DNA from: Gnetum montanum
Lineage: Eukaryota; Plantae; Gnetophyta
Direction of reading: 5' to 3'
NCBI GenBank assembly: GCA_015680685.1
Contig: MNCI01000596.1
Span: 460,875 to 524,874 of the forward strand
DNA length: 64,000 nucleotides
The translations under genes and the position numbers were made by a program. Within the stretch, counting starts at the first letter, position 1, and every line of letters starts with the position of its first letter. The notes beneath the pieces were generated by a model, which saw nothing but the letters and a program-made list of their open reading frames with translations, did not search any database and had not been told where the DNA came from. Below are positions 12,356 to 26,400 of the stretch, piece after piece.

Positions 12356-14165
12356 CAAAACATCCCATGTTTTTGAATGCTTGGTTAGTTTATCTCTCTT
12401 CTTAGGACTTGTTTTTTATGATGCTTGGTGTGCTCTAATTTGATCACAATGTTTTGTTAGTTGGATTTCTAGCATTTTACATTTTATATTTTATGCATCT
12501 TAATATTTCATGCTTCATGTGATACTATGGTATCTATGCATTATTCTAGTCATGTTCTTCTTTATGATATTACTATTAATGTATTTCTTTACCCAACATA
12601 CATGCACTAACCTAGTGGGTAAGTTGTAGTAGGTCCTCATGGAGGTTGAGGTGGAAGCATAACATGATTGGCATTAATGATACTGATTTGTAAATTATTT
12701 TGGGTGTGGAGTTAATCTCTCTTTAATTTATGTTTTTCTGTTATTATATTAAATTAATGAGCATATTACATTGGGAAATTAATTAATTATTCTTGCCTTA
12801 GATGGAGTTATGTGAGTTACAAGATTTTAGAAGATTGTCTTCTATTTAGTGCTAGTTATGGTAATTGGTTTAATTTATTGTAAGTGATTTGGGATATTTT
12901 CATTAAAAACCACACAATTCTTCATTCAGCACCTTAACATTTGCATGCTAGAAGGGAAGGTGTTGCTAGATTTGAAGCTTGTGATGGTATTGGAGGTTTT
13001 GCTAGATTAGGAACTATGATCTTGATAGATTCATTATTGTACTTCATTCATTGTGTGGATTCTTACGCTTCTTTTAGGTGAGTAATCTTGATTACTCTTT
13101 TATTTATTTGTACTTATACAGTTTTGTGTGCATTAACATGGAATCAGATTTTGGTTGGAGCATTTTCTTAGATCTGTGCAATTTTATGGGAATTATGAGT
13201 ATTTTTTTCACTCAATTAAATCTAAGCATTTCAATAATATAGCTTGTTGATTTAATTATTATGCATATCATTATTATTCATTGATTTTAGGTATTAATTT
13301 ATGAGTATAATCATCAACTTTTGGTATGTGGGTTTTGTTCAATTGTCTATCATTTTAGCATTTATGAAGTCATTTTTCCCTTTTGCTTCAATTGTCTTAA
13401 CTATTTGGAGAGATTCAGGATTTTGGTTGGAGTGTTATTTCATTTATGGACTTCTTTCTTTAGTTTACCTTCATGTGGCTTAGTGATCCATTGTCTCTTT
13501 CCTTCTGTTGGATTGTACAATTCTTTCTACCTTGTTAAGTCTTATCTTTTTGTTCTTGGCACCCTTTGTTTGTTGAAAATTTTGTGATGTCCATTTCATG
13601 CACCTTTTTTATAATTTTTGTGAATCAATACAAAATCACAAGTCAACCATAACTCATGGTGTGACTGCTTGCTCTAACCACAAGTCGTGGTGGGGTCATG
13701 AAGGAGTCATGGTTTGTCCCTTGTTTTATGTCTTTTCTAATTTCTATTAATAAACCTACAGTACCATGAGTTGTGGTTAAGTCATGGTTGATCACCACAA
13801 ATTGTGGTTAGGATATGGTATGTATATTCTTATTACTCTTTTTATCTTACCTTGTTTGGTGATCTCCCTATTCACCACAAATCATGGTAAGGTTATGATC
13901 AATCCATCATGAGTATTAGCGAGCTTGTGATTTGGTATTCTAAGTTATCGTGTAGTTGTTGTGCATCTTTTGAGTTCTTGTATCTACCATTCGTAAGGTA
14001 TGTGCCTTTGGTTGTTCTCCCTAATAAATCATGAGTCATGGTCCAATTGTTATCTAGAATTTTTGGTTTCTATCTTTATTTTTAGTATTTTGAGGATTTC
14101 CACAAGTTGTGGTGAGCCACCATAAGTCACAGTAAGATTGTGATTATGTTGTGGTATTTTTTCTT
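12356..14165 (+). repeat. Probable 3' LTR of the Tekay element (3' boundary uncertain)
   Basis: Follows the PPT with a degenerate (TGT)AACATCCC-like start. AT-rich, contains AGGTGAGT at ~13077 and a cluster of ACCACRANTYGTGGT-like palindromes at 13640-14150. Confidence 0.5.
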
Positions 14166-15299
14166 CATCAACTGATCCATTGAGACATCATTGACAAGGA
14201 ATTCTTAAATGAAAATCCAAATGTTTTTTCACAACACACGAACACAAAAAGATCATAATGTAATGCTCTACTTATGAAGTCCTTAAGGCATTCAAGCCAA
14301 AGACTCATTACAAGATCAATAGATATAAGAACAACTACCCAACAAAAATAACTCATTGCAACAAGAAACATTGGTCTAACACATTACCTCATACTCAATG
14401 CATGATGGAATCACCATTTTAAACTAGCACAAGGATCAACTAGTAGGAGAGAATGTGTTTCTTTTACAATTTACCATAATAAACTTAGGCATACACAATT
14501 GTTTTGCACAAACTAGAGATCATCAATTATATTGCTCTAGCATACCAGATGATTTCTTAGTACAAAATTTTGAGCTAGAGCACATTTGTGTTTTGTGCAA
14601 GAGCTCACTGAAACAAGAAAGAAATTTCCTTAGAATCAACCATTGCTTACTATTTCAAGTAGATGACACATGATTGCATCACCCAATTGTAGCAACTATT
14701 CTTGTAACCTATAGATTTGAGAGTCATTTAGATCCCTTTGGTTCAAGGTAGACAACATGTGTATGTCATCTACTCGTAGTAGCTATTCATACATTTTGAT
14801 CCTCTGCAAAAGCATGACCAAGATCTATTTACTTGTCTTTAGGCATCTCATATATCACCTGTAACTACTTTACAAAAGTGTTTGAATGTGTCTTCTACTT
14901 GAGCCAAAACCCTAGCTTCAATACCAAGTGTAACAACATTACTTTGAAAAAGCACCACTTGACACCACCCAAGAGTCCCAAAGTAGCCAAATGTTCTAGA
15001 GAAAACTTAATGCAAACTACATCTCATCATGCTCAAGAACTTATGAGCATATCATAAGCACACAACTCACATGTCACATGTTAGTCCATGGTTAGGAGCA
15101 TTGCGAGGACACCTTTATAATTATATAAGCAACTAAATCAATTCAACACACACAACATACAAGAGTACTAATATACACATTAGACATTGTTCCCTTAAGT
15201 GAGCTATGATGTGTTCCTACTCTAAGATATCTAGCCCTAAGCCACGCTCCATAAAGAAAGGTGGTGACCTAAGCCAAAGAGGTGAAGTCTCCCCAATAA

Positions 15300-15464
15300 G
15301 CCTACATATCCTTGTGATGTGGTACATAAGGAATTAGGGCCATGTAGTGCAATAGTGTGATGGTTAAGATAGCATGGAACCTATAAGAATTTCCACACTC
15401 ATTTCAACCTCCATTCTGGAAGGGAAACTACCTTCAGTCCACCAACAAGGCATGTTTTCCTACA
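15300..15464. repeat. Dispersed repeat fragment (probable LTR remnant), homologous to ~55461-55628
   Basis: Shared CCTACATATCCTTGTGAT...GGTTAAGATAGCATRGAACCTATAAGAATYTCCACAYTCAT at both loci. Confidence 0.6.
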
Positions 15465-17412
15465 AACAACTTGTTCTTAGCAAGAAGAAACCAAGCAATT
15501 AGTAATTTCCAAATATAAATTCAAAAAGCTAAATATAATCATATTTTATTAAAAATACTAAGAGTTTCCAAAAATAAGATTAAAACAAGAAAATCTATTA
15601 AAAGGATTCACAGTTAATTAAAAGTAAGCTTAAGTAAAAGAGTTATTAAAAAATCCAAATTTTATAGAAGATGAAACACAAATAAAATATTTATGCAAAG
15701 GTTATGAGATCAAATCCTTAAGAAGCATAAACAATGTAACAAAAGATATAATGAAAGCCAAACCATAGGTCAATGAAAGATAGATAGATATAAAGTAGGG
15801 ATTAAGAACACGAGGTCTTACAATAAAGATAATGTTTTTTGGTGCATTATATAAATGAAAGAGATACAAAGGTATGATTGAATAAGTGATCTTACCAACT
15901 AGAGTCTACATGCTTGAAATAACAATTTTCTGTACCAACCTTCCAACTTTTTATTAGACACGTTTAATACAATGAAGTTAACTAAAAGCAAAATTCAAAC
16001 TTTTCCAAAATAAAGATAATGCTTTTCAATGCTTAACTAAAAAAGATACAAAGGCATGACTGAAAACTAAGTTTAACCTGCAAAATTATATATCACATTT
16101 TTTTTAAGTAAACTGTGTGTTTCAATAGGACCAGACATGATTAACATAATTATTAAAAATATAATTACTTCCTTGGGGTAGAGTGTTAAAACACTGAGAG
16201 GGATTAAATGGTCAGAGTGCTAAGTAAAACCAATATGTAAGCAGTCACGGGTGCAATGAAGTGCAGTGTTCAGGATACAAAGATTGTGATAGCAACCAAC
16301 CCCGAGTTTCCTTTTGTAAATGCATAAAAAACGTAATACTGACACAGGATTTTTTTGTTTTTCTTCAATCAAATAAACCCAGAGATGACGGTAAGTTTTT
16401 GATCCAGATAGCCCATGCATAAAGCTTAAGCCTCTGAAAACAACGTAAAGTTTCATGATAAAAAAAAGCCTTGGCAGGTGAACCTCGTCAGCAGAATGTA
16501 AAGCAGCTTTGCGATATGAAACTGCTCTTGTGTCATTATCCTCTTGAGCTCTAGACTTTCCAGAACACAGGGGTGGGATACTGGGGTATCAGAAGAAATC
16601 TATTCGATTTGGTTTTGGATTCCTTGAAACTAATATACAAATGGAAATGATTGACCACGCAGATCCAGAAACCCAAGAGTCCATAGCAAAGACCATTGCG
16701 GCGTCAACAGAACCGCCAAAAATTCCTGAACAATTCTTACCCAAAGCTTTTGCGGTCACTTAAACAAATGCCGGTCTTCTACACGCTGAGGCCCTATGAT
16801 GAAAGCACCTCTTACCATTCATTCCAGATTGTTCTGCAGCAGCGGTTCAATTTGAAATTGTTCAAGACGTGTATCACCTCAGTAGTGGCGTGTTCAAGAG
16901 CGAGCAGTTACAGTGTCACAAATCTTGTTCATGTGCATTATTTCAGTTGACCTTTTATCTTTGCATTTGCTGTTGGGGTTTGGATGATGTTGGTAACTGA
17001 TTCCCACCAAATTATCATAGGTTGCCCCCATAACGTCACCGCCCCTGGTATTATTAATTTCATCCAAGACGCCTTCATATGTGCCTGGCTCTGCTCAAGC
17101 AAGCCTTAGTCAACCCCTGATTTTAATGATTTATTCAATCCTTGGAAATTTGGATTGCCATTGCCGGTACTCAATAGATTGCATACATGTCAAAATCTGC
17201 CTGGTCCTGTTTTCAGAATTTGTGTACACGCCAAAATCTGCTTGCTCTTGGGAGATTTCAGGGGCTCCCCAACAGCAGCAGCAGGAGGTTAGGATTAGGA
17301 ATTTGTTTGTTCGGTTATGGGTCTGAAAGAACGAATAGGATCGTAGGCACCCAGTTGAGGCTTTTGGGGAAGGAGTAGTTGTTGTTGTTGGATACTTAAT
17401 GCTCATGATCAG

Positions 17413-17887
17413 ATGATGGTCTGCATCAAATGTTTCGTTCAAGGTTCCAAAAAGAAGACAGCAAGAGCGGCCAAACTGGCTGTGATCGACAGAAGTGATT
17501 TGGAACTTCAAAGGAAATATGAGGCCGAAAAGAAGCCAATCAGGAACACTATCAGGATCGCTACTTTCAATACGGCCCTGTTTGCCATGGCCCCGGCAGT
17601 TCCCTCTCGAGCTCAGAAAGAAAGCTCTGGGCAAGTTTCTGATATGCCTACTTCTTTGAAATTTGACCCCAGAGGAAAATCTGCAACTTTTTTGTCTCAA
17701 TCACAGATGCCCAGAAGCATTCTGAAGCGTAACTGTGCAGGAAGAAGTGTGAGCTTCGGGGAACAGTCTGGTTCACAGGCGAGATTGAGGGTGACCATCA
17801 ATCTTCCAGAAAATGAAATATCCTTGAGCAGAAAAGATTCAATCAGCAAGTATGCTCAGGAACCCAACGATGGTTTTTATTGCAACG
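17413..17887 (+). CDS. EEP gene exon 1
   Basis: MMVCIK...IRIATFNTALFAMAPAV...LRVTINLPENEISL; donor AACG|GTAGGT. Confidence 0.85.
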
Positions 17888-20800
17888 GTAGGTTTTTTGC
17901 TGCCAGTTCTGCTGATTGTCAGCCATGTCTGGAGAACTGAATCCCTGGAAATAATTGTGGAACTTAAATAGGATTGTTGTGGGGGGGCATGCATGTACGG
18001 GATTACGCTTTAGTTGGAGGATTCTGTGTATATACAGTTTCCTTGATGTTTTGAATTTTTTTCAATTTTAATTAAAGCGTTTACAATCATGTAAAGTGTT
18101 TGGTAATTAAATGTTTTAATGCTATTCAAGATTGTTAGCTGCTTCTAGTTGACAGCGATCTATGATTTCATTTACAGTGGACTCCGAACCCAGTCACCGA
18201 GTTCCTGAAAATTCAATATGGAATAGAAGTATTTATGAAGTCTTGAGAGATGTGGGTGCCGATCTTTTGGCCCTTCAAGAGGTAAAAGCAGACGAGGAGG
18301 ATCAGATGAGACCTCTTTCAGCTCTTGCCGATGCATTGGGAATGGAGTATGTCTTTGCAGAAAGTTGGGCTCCTGAATATGGCAACGCAGTTCTTTCAAA
18401 ATGGCCAATAAAGAGCTACAAAGTTCAAAAGATTGCCGATGATTCCGATTTCAGGTGATCCTCTTTATCATTTAGGATCTTTTCTTGTAGGATATTTAAT
18501 TGGTTGTTTAGCCTACAGAATGATTCATCTAGTGCAGTTTGTTTTCATTTGAAACTGATTTTGATTTTATAACCAGAAAACACATTACAAATGATTGGTT
18601 AAGATATTTTCTAGAAGCATCATGGCTTTGGGCTTTTAGTTTTTACAATTAAGCATCATGGCTTTGGGCTTTTAGTTTTTACAATTAACCAATTTTTGTA
18701 GGAAAAATGTTTCCTTACTTGCTTAAATTCCCTGGTGTAATTTCATTTTCTTGCCTGATAACATTATCATATACTTCAGAAAGTTTGTCTTCGAATCCTG
18801 CAGGTTAAACATTTTGAGGTTTTGAACTTCGAGGTCCATCCATGTTACTATTTATCCCTTTTGACTATTTACTAATTGAATTTGTTTGCATTTTTGCTAC
18901 TAATTCCAACAATATGTTTACCAATTTCACTATTCATTTTTGGATTCTGCTTCTTACAATCTAAAATCATTGTTCATTGTTAAAAAAGTAATTTCATGCA
19001 TAATGCAAATCAATTTGACATATATAACAAATTGTAAATGAAATTTATATCTAAGTAATTTTTTCCCCTTCTTTTAACAATTTTTTGAAATTAAAATAAT
19101 CATTTTTAGTATTCTTTATTTCATTTGTCTTCGATGTTTATTTTTTATTATGATATTCTCTGTTTGGTTTTCTTCCATGGTTCTTTTAAAACCAGTGAAA
19201 TCAAATTGTACACATCACTTAAGCCAAATTGGATCAAGTAGCAAAATTGATTTGCATTTGTTAAATTGCTAAACATTTTATTAAAAGTGGTAGAAAAACA
19301 GGGATTTCATTTTGTCAAAGTGCTATTATCCATTTAAAACCATCAATTCCTAGCATAGTGCAAGAGAAGAACCCTAGATACTTTTTGTTTAAAAAAAAAT
19401 GGCATAAAATCAATTTTTGTAAGGATCTTGTCTATAGTAGCCACTATAACTAGGAAATCTGAGGGAAATGAGCACAACACATTATTTATACTATAATAAA
19501 GTTATCATGCAGCACAAAAATAAGTAGCATGGCAGTACAAGATTCCAAATAATAAAGTTATCATGCAGCACAAAAATAAGTAGCATGGCAGTACAAGATT
19601 CCATGGGGAATCTTTTAGGGCTTATTTGGTTGAGTGATTTTTTCAATGATGAATTGGATTGAATGTTGAAGCCATAGCTTTACAAAGATTTACAAATGCT
19701 ACAAGATTACACCTTTGGGAGTGAATTCTAGAAAGAACCCAAAAATCAATAGAAATAAGTGTATCTAATAGGTCTAATCAAAATCACCCAATTCATCTTC
19801 ATAGAACCATTTACAACCAAATAGTTTTTTAATTTAAGAAGTAGAATTTGCAAACTCAGCATCCAAGGACTCAGATAACCAAATAAGCGCTTAAATTGAG
19901 TATCAACTAAACTACATTAATAGCATTGAAGGAACAATCATGTCCTAAAAACTTATTCAAAAACTCTATCATAAGAAATTACTCTTTGGTATCTATCTCT
20001 TTGATGACAAACAAACAATATTTTGGGTTTGAAATCAAGTTTTATCAAAGGTTTTAGGGTTTAATATTGTTGCATAGAGTACTAAAGATATAATTAATAT
20101 TGTATGCTCCCATAATATTCAATTAGAGAAACAAAGTTATTATTAAATAAAAATATGATTATTATCTATCTATATGACCTTCCAGCATTTTGGTAGAGTA
20201 TTGTATTAGTATATTGATTTTCATCTATTTTATTTATTGCTTTATTTTATCACTTGTGATGGTTCAAAATTTCAAATTACCTTGAATGTTTCAACTGGTA
20301 ACTGGTGATGGAATATTTAAACTTTCTTGAAACATGGTAAGATGTTCTCATGTGTTTTATCTTGATTATTTTTAATTACCTTTTTTATTTGTGAAAACAT
20401 CTTTCTAATTACCTTGTTCTTACCATGCATAGCTTGTGTTTTATTATTTTCAAAATGTTTCAGTTTACACTCATCAGCAATAGCAATTTATATCTCAAGG
20501 ATTAGAGAGAATAAATTCCACTATCGTTGAAAGTAAAACCATTTGACACATAGTGATAAGTGATCATAAGCAAAAAATTGTCAAACTAAATATATGCATA
20601 ACAAAATTATAATTTTAAATAGGTATTCTAAAAAAATAACATTTTCATAAATACAGCATTATTAACATTTGGTGTTTTTGCCAACATACATGTTTTAGTT
20701 AACAAAACTTTATTCTCATAGCAAATTGCTTTTGTAATAATTATCAAGGTTCTTGTAACCAAAGAAATTATTACTATTCTCCACATTTTCATTAAAGAGC

Positions 20801-21876
20801 TCATCCTATATTATTTTCCAAGCTTTACTTGAATGTTTGTAATGATCCTTTAAACATAGCATTTTTATTGTATAGTTCATCAATTTATATTCATTTATGT
20901 AGGAGTTGTTTTCATAATAATTATCAAGGTTGTTGTAACCATAGAAATTATCACTATTCTCCACATTTTCCATTAAAGAGCTCATCTTATATTATTTTCC
21001 AAGTTTTACTTGAAAGTTTGTAATGATCCTTTAAACATAGCCTTTTTACTATGTAGTTCATCAATTTACATCCCGTTATGTAAGACTTATCTCTAAACAA
21101 TTAGCATTTGATGCAATCCAGGAATGTGTTGAAGGTTGTCATTGATGTCCCTACAATTGGGGAATTGCACTTCAGTTGCACACAACTAGATCATTTAAAT
21201 GAAAACTACAGAATGAAGCAAATCATGTCAATAATTGGCAAGGAACCAACTCCACATATTGTAGCTGGAACCTTAAATTGTCTTGACAAAACAGACTATT
21301 CAGATGAAAGATGGGATGACATTTCCAAGGTTTGCTTTCTTAAACTCTAAACCAATTTTCATTGGATACAAGCGGAAATTGTCCACACATATGTACAATA
21401 AAATATTTTATTCTATGTAGTTTAATGAGGAAAAAGGTAAGCCTACTCCAAAAAGCAACGTAATGCACTTCCTCAAGGAACATGGTCACATAGATGCTAA
21501 AGATTTTGCAGGAGAATTCGAATCTGTTGTTATCCTTGCAAACGGGCAAGGTAATACAGTTTCTAAGTGATTAGATTTTTTTTTTTTAAAGATGCATTAA
21601 TTGCATTCTAAACTCCCTTCATTTTGCTGGATGAATATTGCAGAAGTGCAAGGAACTTGCAAATATGGAACAAGGGTTGATTACATTTTTACTTCTCCAT
21701 TTGCTCCATACAGATTTGTTCCAGGGTCATACGAAGTGATCTCTTCAAGAGGAACTTCTGATCACCATGTCGTGAAGTCTGAAATTGAAGTCAAAGAACC
21801 AGAAAAACCGGTACATCATAAAAGGACTGTACGGACAGATAAGGCTTCTTCCAAATGTATTTGGAAAATTGCCTAG
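17413..21876 (+). CDS. DNase I-like endonuclease/exonuclease/phosphatase (EEP) family protein, plant At2g48030/At3g21530-type; join(17413..17887,18178..18454,21122..21329,21421..21550,21644..21876), 440 aa
   Basis: Family motifs IRIATFN, LALQEV, FAESWAPEYGNAVLSKWPI, CTQLDHL, GTCKYGTRVDYI, SDHH. All four introns are GT-AG and phase-consistent, giving 1323 nt. The start codon is less certain than the rest. Confidence 0.92.
18178..18454 (+). CDS. EEP gene exon 2
   Basis: TTTACAG| acceptor; LALQEV...YGNAVLSKWPI; donor TTCAG|GTGATC. Confidence 0.92.
20735..21082. repeat. Diverged tandem duplication, period ~180 bp, in EEP intron 2
   Basis: TAATAATTATCAAGGTT...CATCAATTTA occurs from ~20735 and again from ~20915. 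Confidence 0.8.
21122..21329 (+). CDS. EEP gene exon 3
   Basis: TCCAG| acceptor; NVLKVVIDVP...CTQLDHL...ERWDDISK; donor AAG|GTTTGC. Confidence 0.92.
21421..21550 (+). CDS. EEP gene exon 4 (absent from the ORF track)
   Basis: TGTAG| acceptor; FNEEKGKPTPKSNVMHFLKEHGHIDAKDFAGEFESVVILANGQ; donor G|GTAATA. Confidence 0.9.
21644..21876 (+). CDS. EEP gene exon 5
   Basis: TGCAG| acceptor; VQGTCKYGTRVDYIF...GTSDHHVVK...IWKIA then stop. Confidence 0.92.
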
Positions 21877-23225
21877 ATGGAAAATTTCAGATGCCGAGTT
21901 TGTCTACTTGTAGCACCGTTTTTGGGTCAAAGTTAATTCTAACATCATAGAAATCCCTCAAGAATCTAGTGATGTAAATTTGCTTCAAGTTTCTGACTAT
22001 TCGATGAATGATTGCTAGAGAGTTAAATCGTGCTCTAGCCAGTTCTGCTCTATTTAGAAACAACTGATATTTTGCCTTGTAGATTTTCACGTTTATGCTC
22101 CACTTTGGACATATTCCAGACACTAAGATCATAGATTTGATTTTTGTGGGCAGCAATTCCAAAATGGTTTTCTAATGTTACCCAACTTCGTGCAGTTGAA
22201 CACACAAGATCCTTGTATGCATCACTTTTAATGTTAAACTTACATTTTCTACGTGTCTTGAAAGACAAAATATAACAATGACCGAATCATGGATTGATTT
22301 TAAAAACATCTTCGTTTCATTCGATACGGCACCTAATGTTATTCGTATACTTTTTTCTTCAGCAGGAAGGCGGCCTGATCATTGATTACGTCAAGGAAAT
22401 CCGCTTGATTCAGATTTTTCTTACAAGTCAGCGCATAAAAGTATTGGTAAAGGTATTTACAGGTATGCCCACCTTTTGCATTTTATCCACACCCACCGAT
22501 GTCTTAGTTGCTCTTGTTGGAAGTATTATGGCAACCAAGCCAGTGAAGCATTGGAACCTCCCGACCAAAAATTATTAATTTCATAACAGTTGCGTGAACT
22601 GCTCCGCCCACATCAATATTTACCTTTTAAAGTATCACAATATTGCTCAATTCATCCCCTGCGTATTTCTGCAATGTTTTTAATAGTAAAAAGAATAAAA
22701 ATAAAACCTTACGTTCTCAAAAAATAATAATAATAATAATAATGAAATCTTACTTTTTACCTGTTTCAAAAATGACGTTAAAAAACTATAACCAATATGC
22801 CAAGAATCATGTAGAAGATCCATGCAATGAATAAATACATCACATATTGTCCTCTGCACCAAGCTGGAGCATTAACTTAAAATATTTGGCTGAAAAAACC
22901 ATTTCCAGCACTTCCAACAACTTTATAAGCATCAATTTTCGAATGATTTCAACATCAGTTAGTGCACTGCGAATGAAATAGAATTATAGCCAATACTCTA
23001 GAAAATAAAAGCTAATACAAAAACCTACCGTTTTTCACAAAGCCATCCCAAGGCTAACAGAGGAGAATTACAACCTCCTCAGTCACATCACTAATGGGAA
23101 CAAATGGTGTTATGGAATTGTGAATTGATCACCTAAGGCATTATACCAAACAGGAGAGAAAGCAAAGGACAGTAAAACATTCCTATTGCTCTGCAAAATC
23201 GCCTCTACGGCAGCAAAAGCTTTGA

Positions 23226-23415
23226 CTAGGGTTTTACACATTCCCTAATAAACTTCTCGATCTCTGTTATATTAGGCAACAGTGCAGATCCATCTACAAC
23301 TGCAACTTTGTTTATGCACTCTGTAAAGGAGAAGGGTTGTCCTTGAACTCCCAGTGTAACTTCATTGATAATATCAGCCGCAGAAATAGAATTTCTTGAA
23401 GCACGCAGCTTATCA
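23226..23415 (-). CDS. SRPRB: SRPRB coding exon 6
   Basis: DKLRASRNSISAADI...FIRECVKP then stop. Confidence 0.93.
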
Positions 23416-26400
23416 CTGAGGACACACAAATTCATTATTTACAAAACGAAAATGAAAATAACAAGAAAACATTTAAAAAGTAATAAAAGAAACAATTTCC
23501 TGTGGCTATCACATAAGTAGACATCAGAATTTTTTTTCCAGAATTTGAACTTAAGAAATCTGTAAATAATACAAAACAGATCAGAAATTATACATACATT
23601 TCCTTCTCAAGCTGCTTTTTAATGAATTCCTTACTATGGGCTGTCACTTTGTCTCCTTTGTTGCAGACAATTAAGACAGGGATTTTCTTTTTCACTATAA
23701 ATGCCCTCGTCAATATCTCATAAAGGTACCTACAGAAGATAGCTCAAATATTTTAGTGCTCTCAAAACATACAAATACTTGGTAATATTTTTGAAGTAGG
23801 TAATGAGTTAGATGTTAGATGTCTGTCACTATTTAACAAGAAAACAACCCTTAAAAGTTGTTGGTAAGTGCTCAAGGCATTACTCAGCTGTTGCTCGGTT
23901 ATGTTGCAAGAAGTCCAAAGCATCAACAAGAAAGATAATTCCAGCAGCCTGAGGCAAATACTCATCTAACTTTGATCTCAGTCTTGGATGTCCTGGCAAA
24001 TCAACTATACGAACAGGCTTTATTTTCCCCTTCTGAAAGGAACAATCATAAAGCATGTTGAGATGATATTTTACTTGAAAATTTATTTTTTATTTTCCTC
24101 AGCTAAATCTAGAACCCCACACAAGCAAAAACAAAAATCTTCTGTACCATATGATGCAGAAAGAATAATGAAAAAAAATCTTCAATACTATGATATCCAA
24201 GAATTAACAATGCATAAGTAATACTTGTTCAGGATAAACCTAAGTTAATGGCAAAAATGCAAGGGTTATCTATGATAAAGAAATAAAGGTGCATCCAAAA
24301 AATTGAACCTCCCACTTTTCATTGGCAGAATGAAAATCAATTTATGGGAAGAAGTCGTTGAAAAAATTAATAGAAGATTATCAGTGTGAAAGGAGAAATT
24401 GCTAACACAAGCTACTCCTCTTTCTGTATTGTAAGCTACTCCTCTTTATTATCTCTCATGTTTTAAAGCCCCAAAAACAGTTTTGCATAAATTGGAGAAG
24501 CTAGAAGGATGTTTTCTTTGGACTCATATTAAAGAACACAGCTTTCATTCAGTAAACTGGAATGGATCTTTGTCATCCCATCCAAAAGGGTGGATGGGGT
24601 ATTCGCCATTTAAGTCATATAAATTTAACATTGTTGGGGAAGCTTGTGTGGCAACTTTACACAGGTGACAAATTATGGATACAAGTCATGAGAGCTGAGT
24701 ACCTATATAACAACATACTTTTCCATAATGCTCCATCCATTGTTTGTGCTAGTCCAACATGGAGAAGTTTTGAAAAATTAAAGCCTTGGTTCCAATCAAA
24801 TATTTGGGTTCATGATCAAATACTACAATGGGGTGATTCTTGTCAATATAAGCTCAATGAAGCATATACAAGTTTAGTTCCAGGAATTGAAGATCCAATT
24901 AAGGAATCTTGGAGGCATGATGTGATGATACCATTATGTCAAAGTGTCAAAATGATGTGATGATACCATTATGTCAAAGTGTCAAAATGAAAAATTAGCT
25001 GTGAGCATGTTTTTATTTCATAAGGGATTAATTACAAATGATAAGTGTGCATGTTGTGGAGTTCAGGCAGAAACTTTTAATCATTGTTTATTCCATTGTC
25101 CTGAGGCCCAGTCTTTTTGGAATGAACTCAGGCACAACACAGGAATATGTTGGCTTAGGAGTTCCATTCATAACTTTATTAATTGAATTCCTCAAAGATG
25201 GGAGAAATGTAACGCCAAAATAAAACTTTTTCTGTAGCAGCGCCTACACACTGTGTGGGTTTCATGCAATAGGTGGGTTTTCTAAGTGATTGTTCTATTA
25301 TTCTAAGACACTATGGTGATGCTCGGCTAGCTTAATACTGCATTTGTTTTGGGTTGTTCTATTCCTGGAATCTGTAATCTTTTTTTCCCCAGTGTGCTTC
25401 ACGTATAACCTTTTTTTCCAGTGTGCTTCACGTATAACCTTTTATTACCAAATGTGCCCTGACCACCATAGAACCGGGTTTACTTTTTCTCTAAAGAATT
25501 AAAAATTAAAAAAATATATAAAAAAGTGCCCACAAAAAGCATTGATACATTTGTCCTATTTAAGAAGCGGTTGAGTGAATTCTGAGAATGAAAGAATACC
25601 ATTGTAATTCCACTATTATATGCCGTCTTATTAGTTACCTTTGAAATTTCAGAGTGTAGAATGAAACAATCATCATTTGGCTCCATTGATGTTACAGTCC
25701 CCTGGTGTGTTGAACCATCCCGCAGCTGAAAAGTCATAATGTAGGTGTTAAACGCCAGTTGCAACAAGTGCAATAGAAAGCACTAAATCAAACAAAAAAT
25801 TTTCATGGGATTTTAAATTAGCATTCACTGTTTAATTAACAACCATGACCGGGATGCTAAATTATGCGAGCCAACATGGTTACTTCCATCAGCATTTTAC
25901 CTCACTTGCCTTTTAATTGTTTTTCCATTTTTGAGGGGAGAATCCAGAAAGCTATATTAAACCTTAAACTTTACAAAAGAGCCACACAGAGCCGTGCTTA
26001 ACCATCGGTAAAAGGAACACAACTACGGATGCCCTTGCACAAGTAAAGAAAAACAGATGATGACATGACGAGACATAAATATCTGGGCAGATCTGTTGCA
26101 GAGAATAAACATTATCCTGCATACAACCAAGGGCAACAACACACCGAGATGACTCTCAATGTAACCAGGATGTCACCAAATGTTTTACTACAATTTTACT
26201 CACTTTTTGATAAAAATTAAGGAACATGACTTTTGTGAAGTCTGTCAAATTAAATTTCTCGGTAATGTGTCCCTATTACGGTTAGGTCTACCAATTAAAC
26301 GTTTTCGCAAACATTATGCACGCCAAAATGGTATTTTTGTTTTACTGGAGGGTACTTGATAAAACAGAAAATTAGGACAAAGAAAATATCTCGTCATCAA

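Noticed and set aside
17131-17700. 189-aa antisense ORF over EEP exon 1
   Set aside because: No recognisable motifs; best explained as a shadow of the real coding strand.
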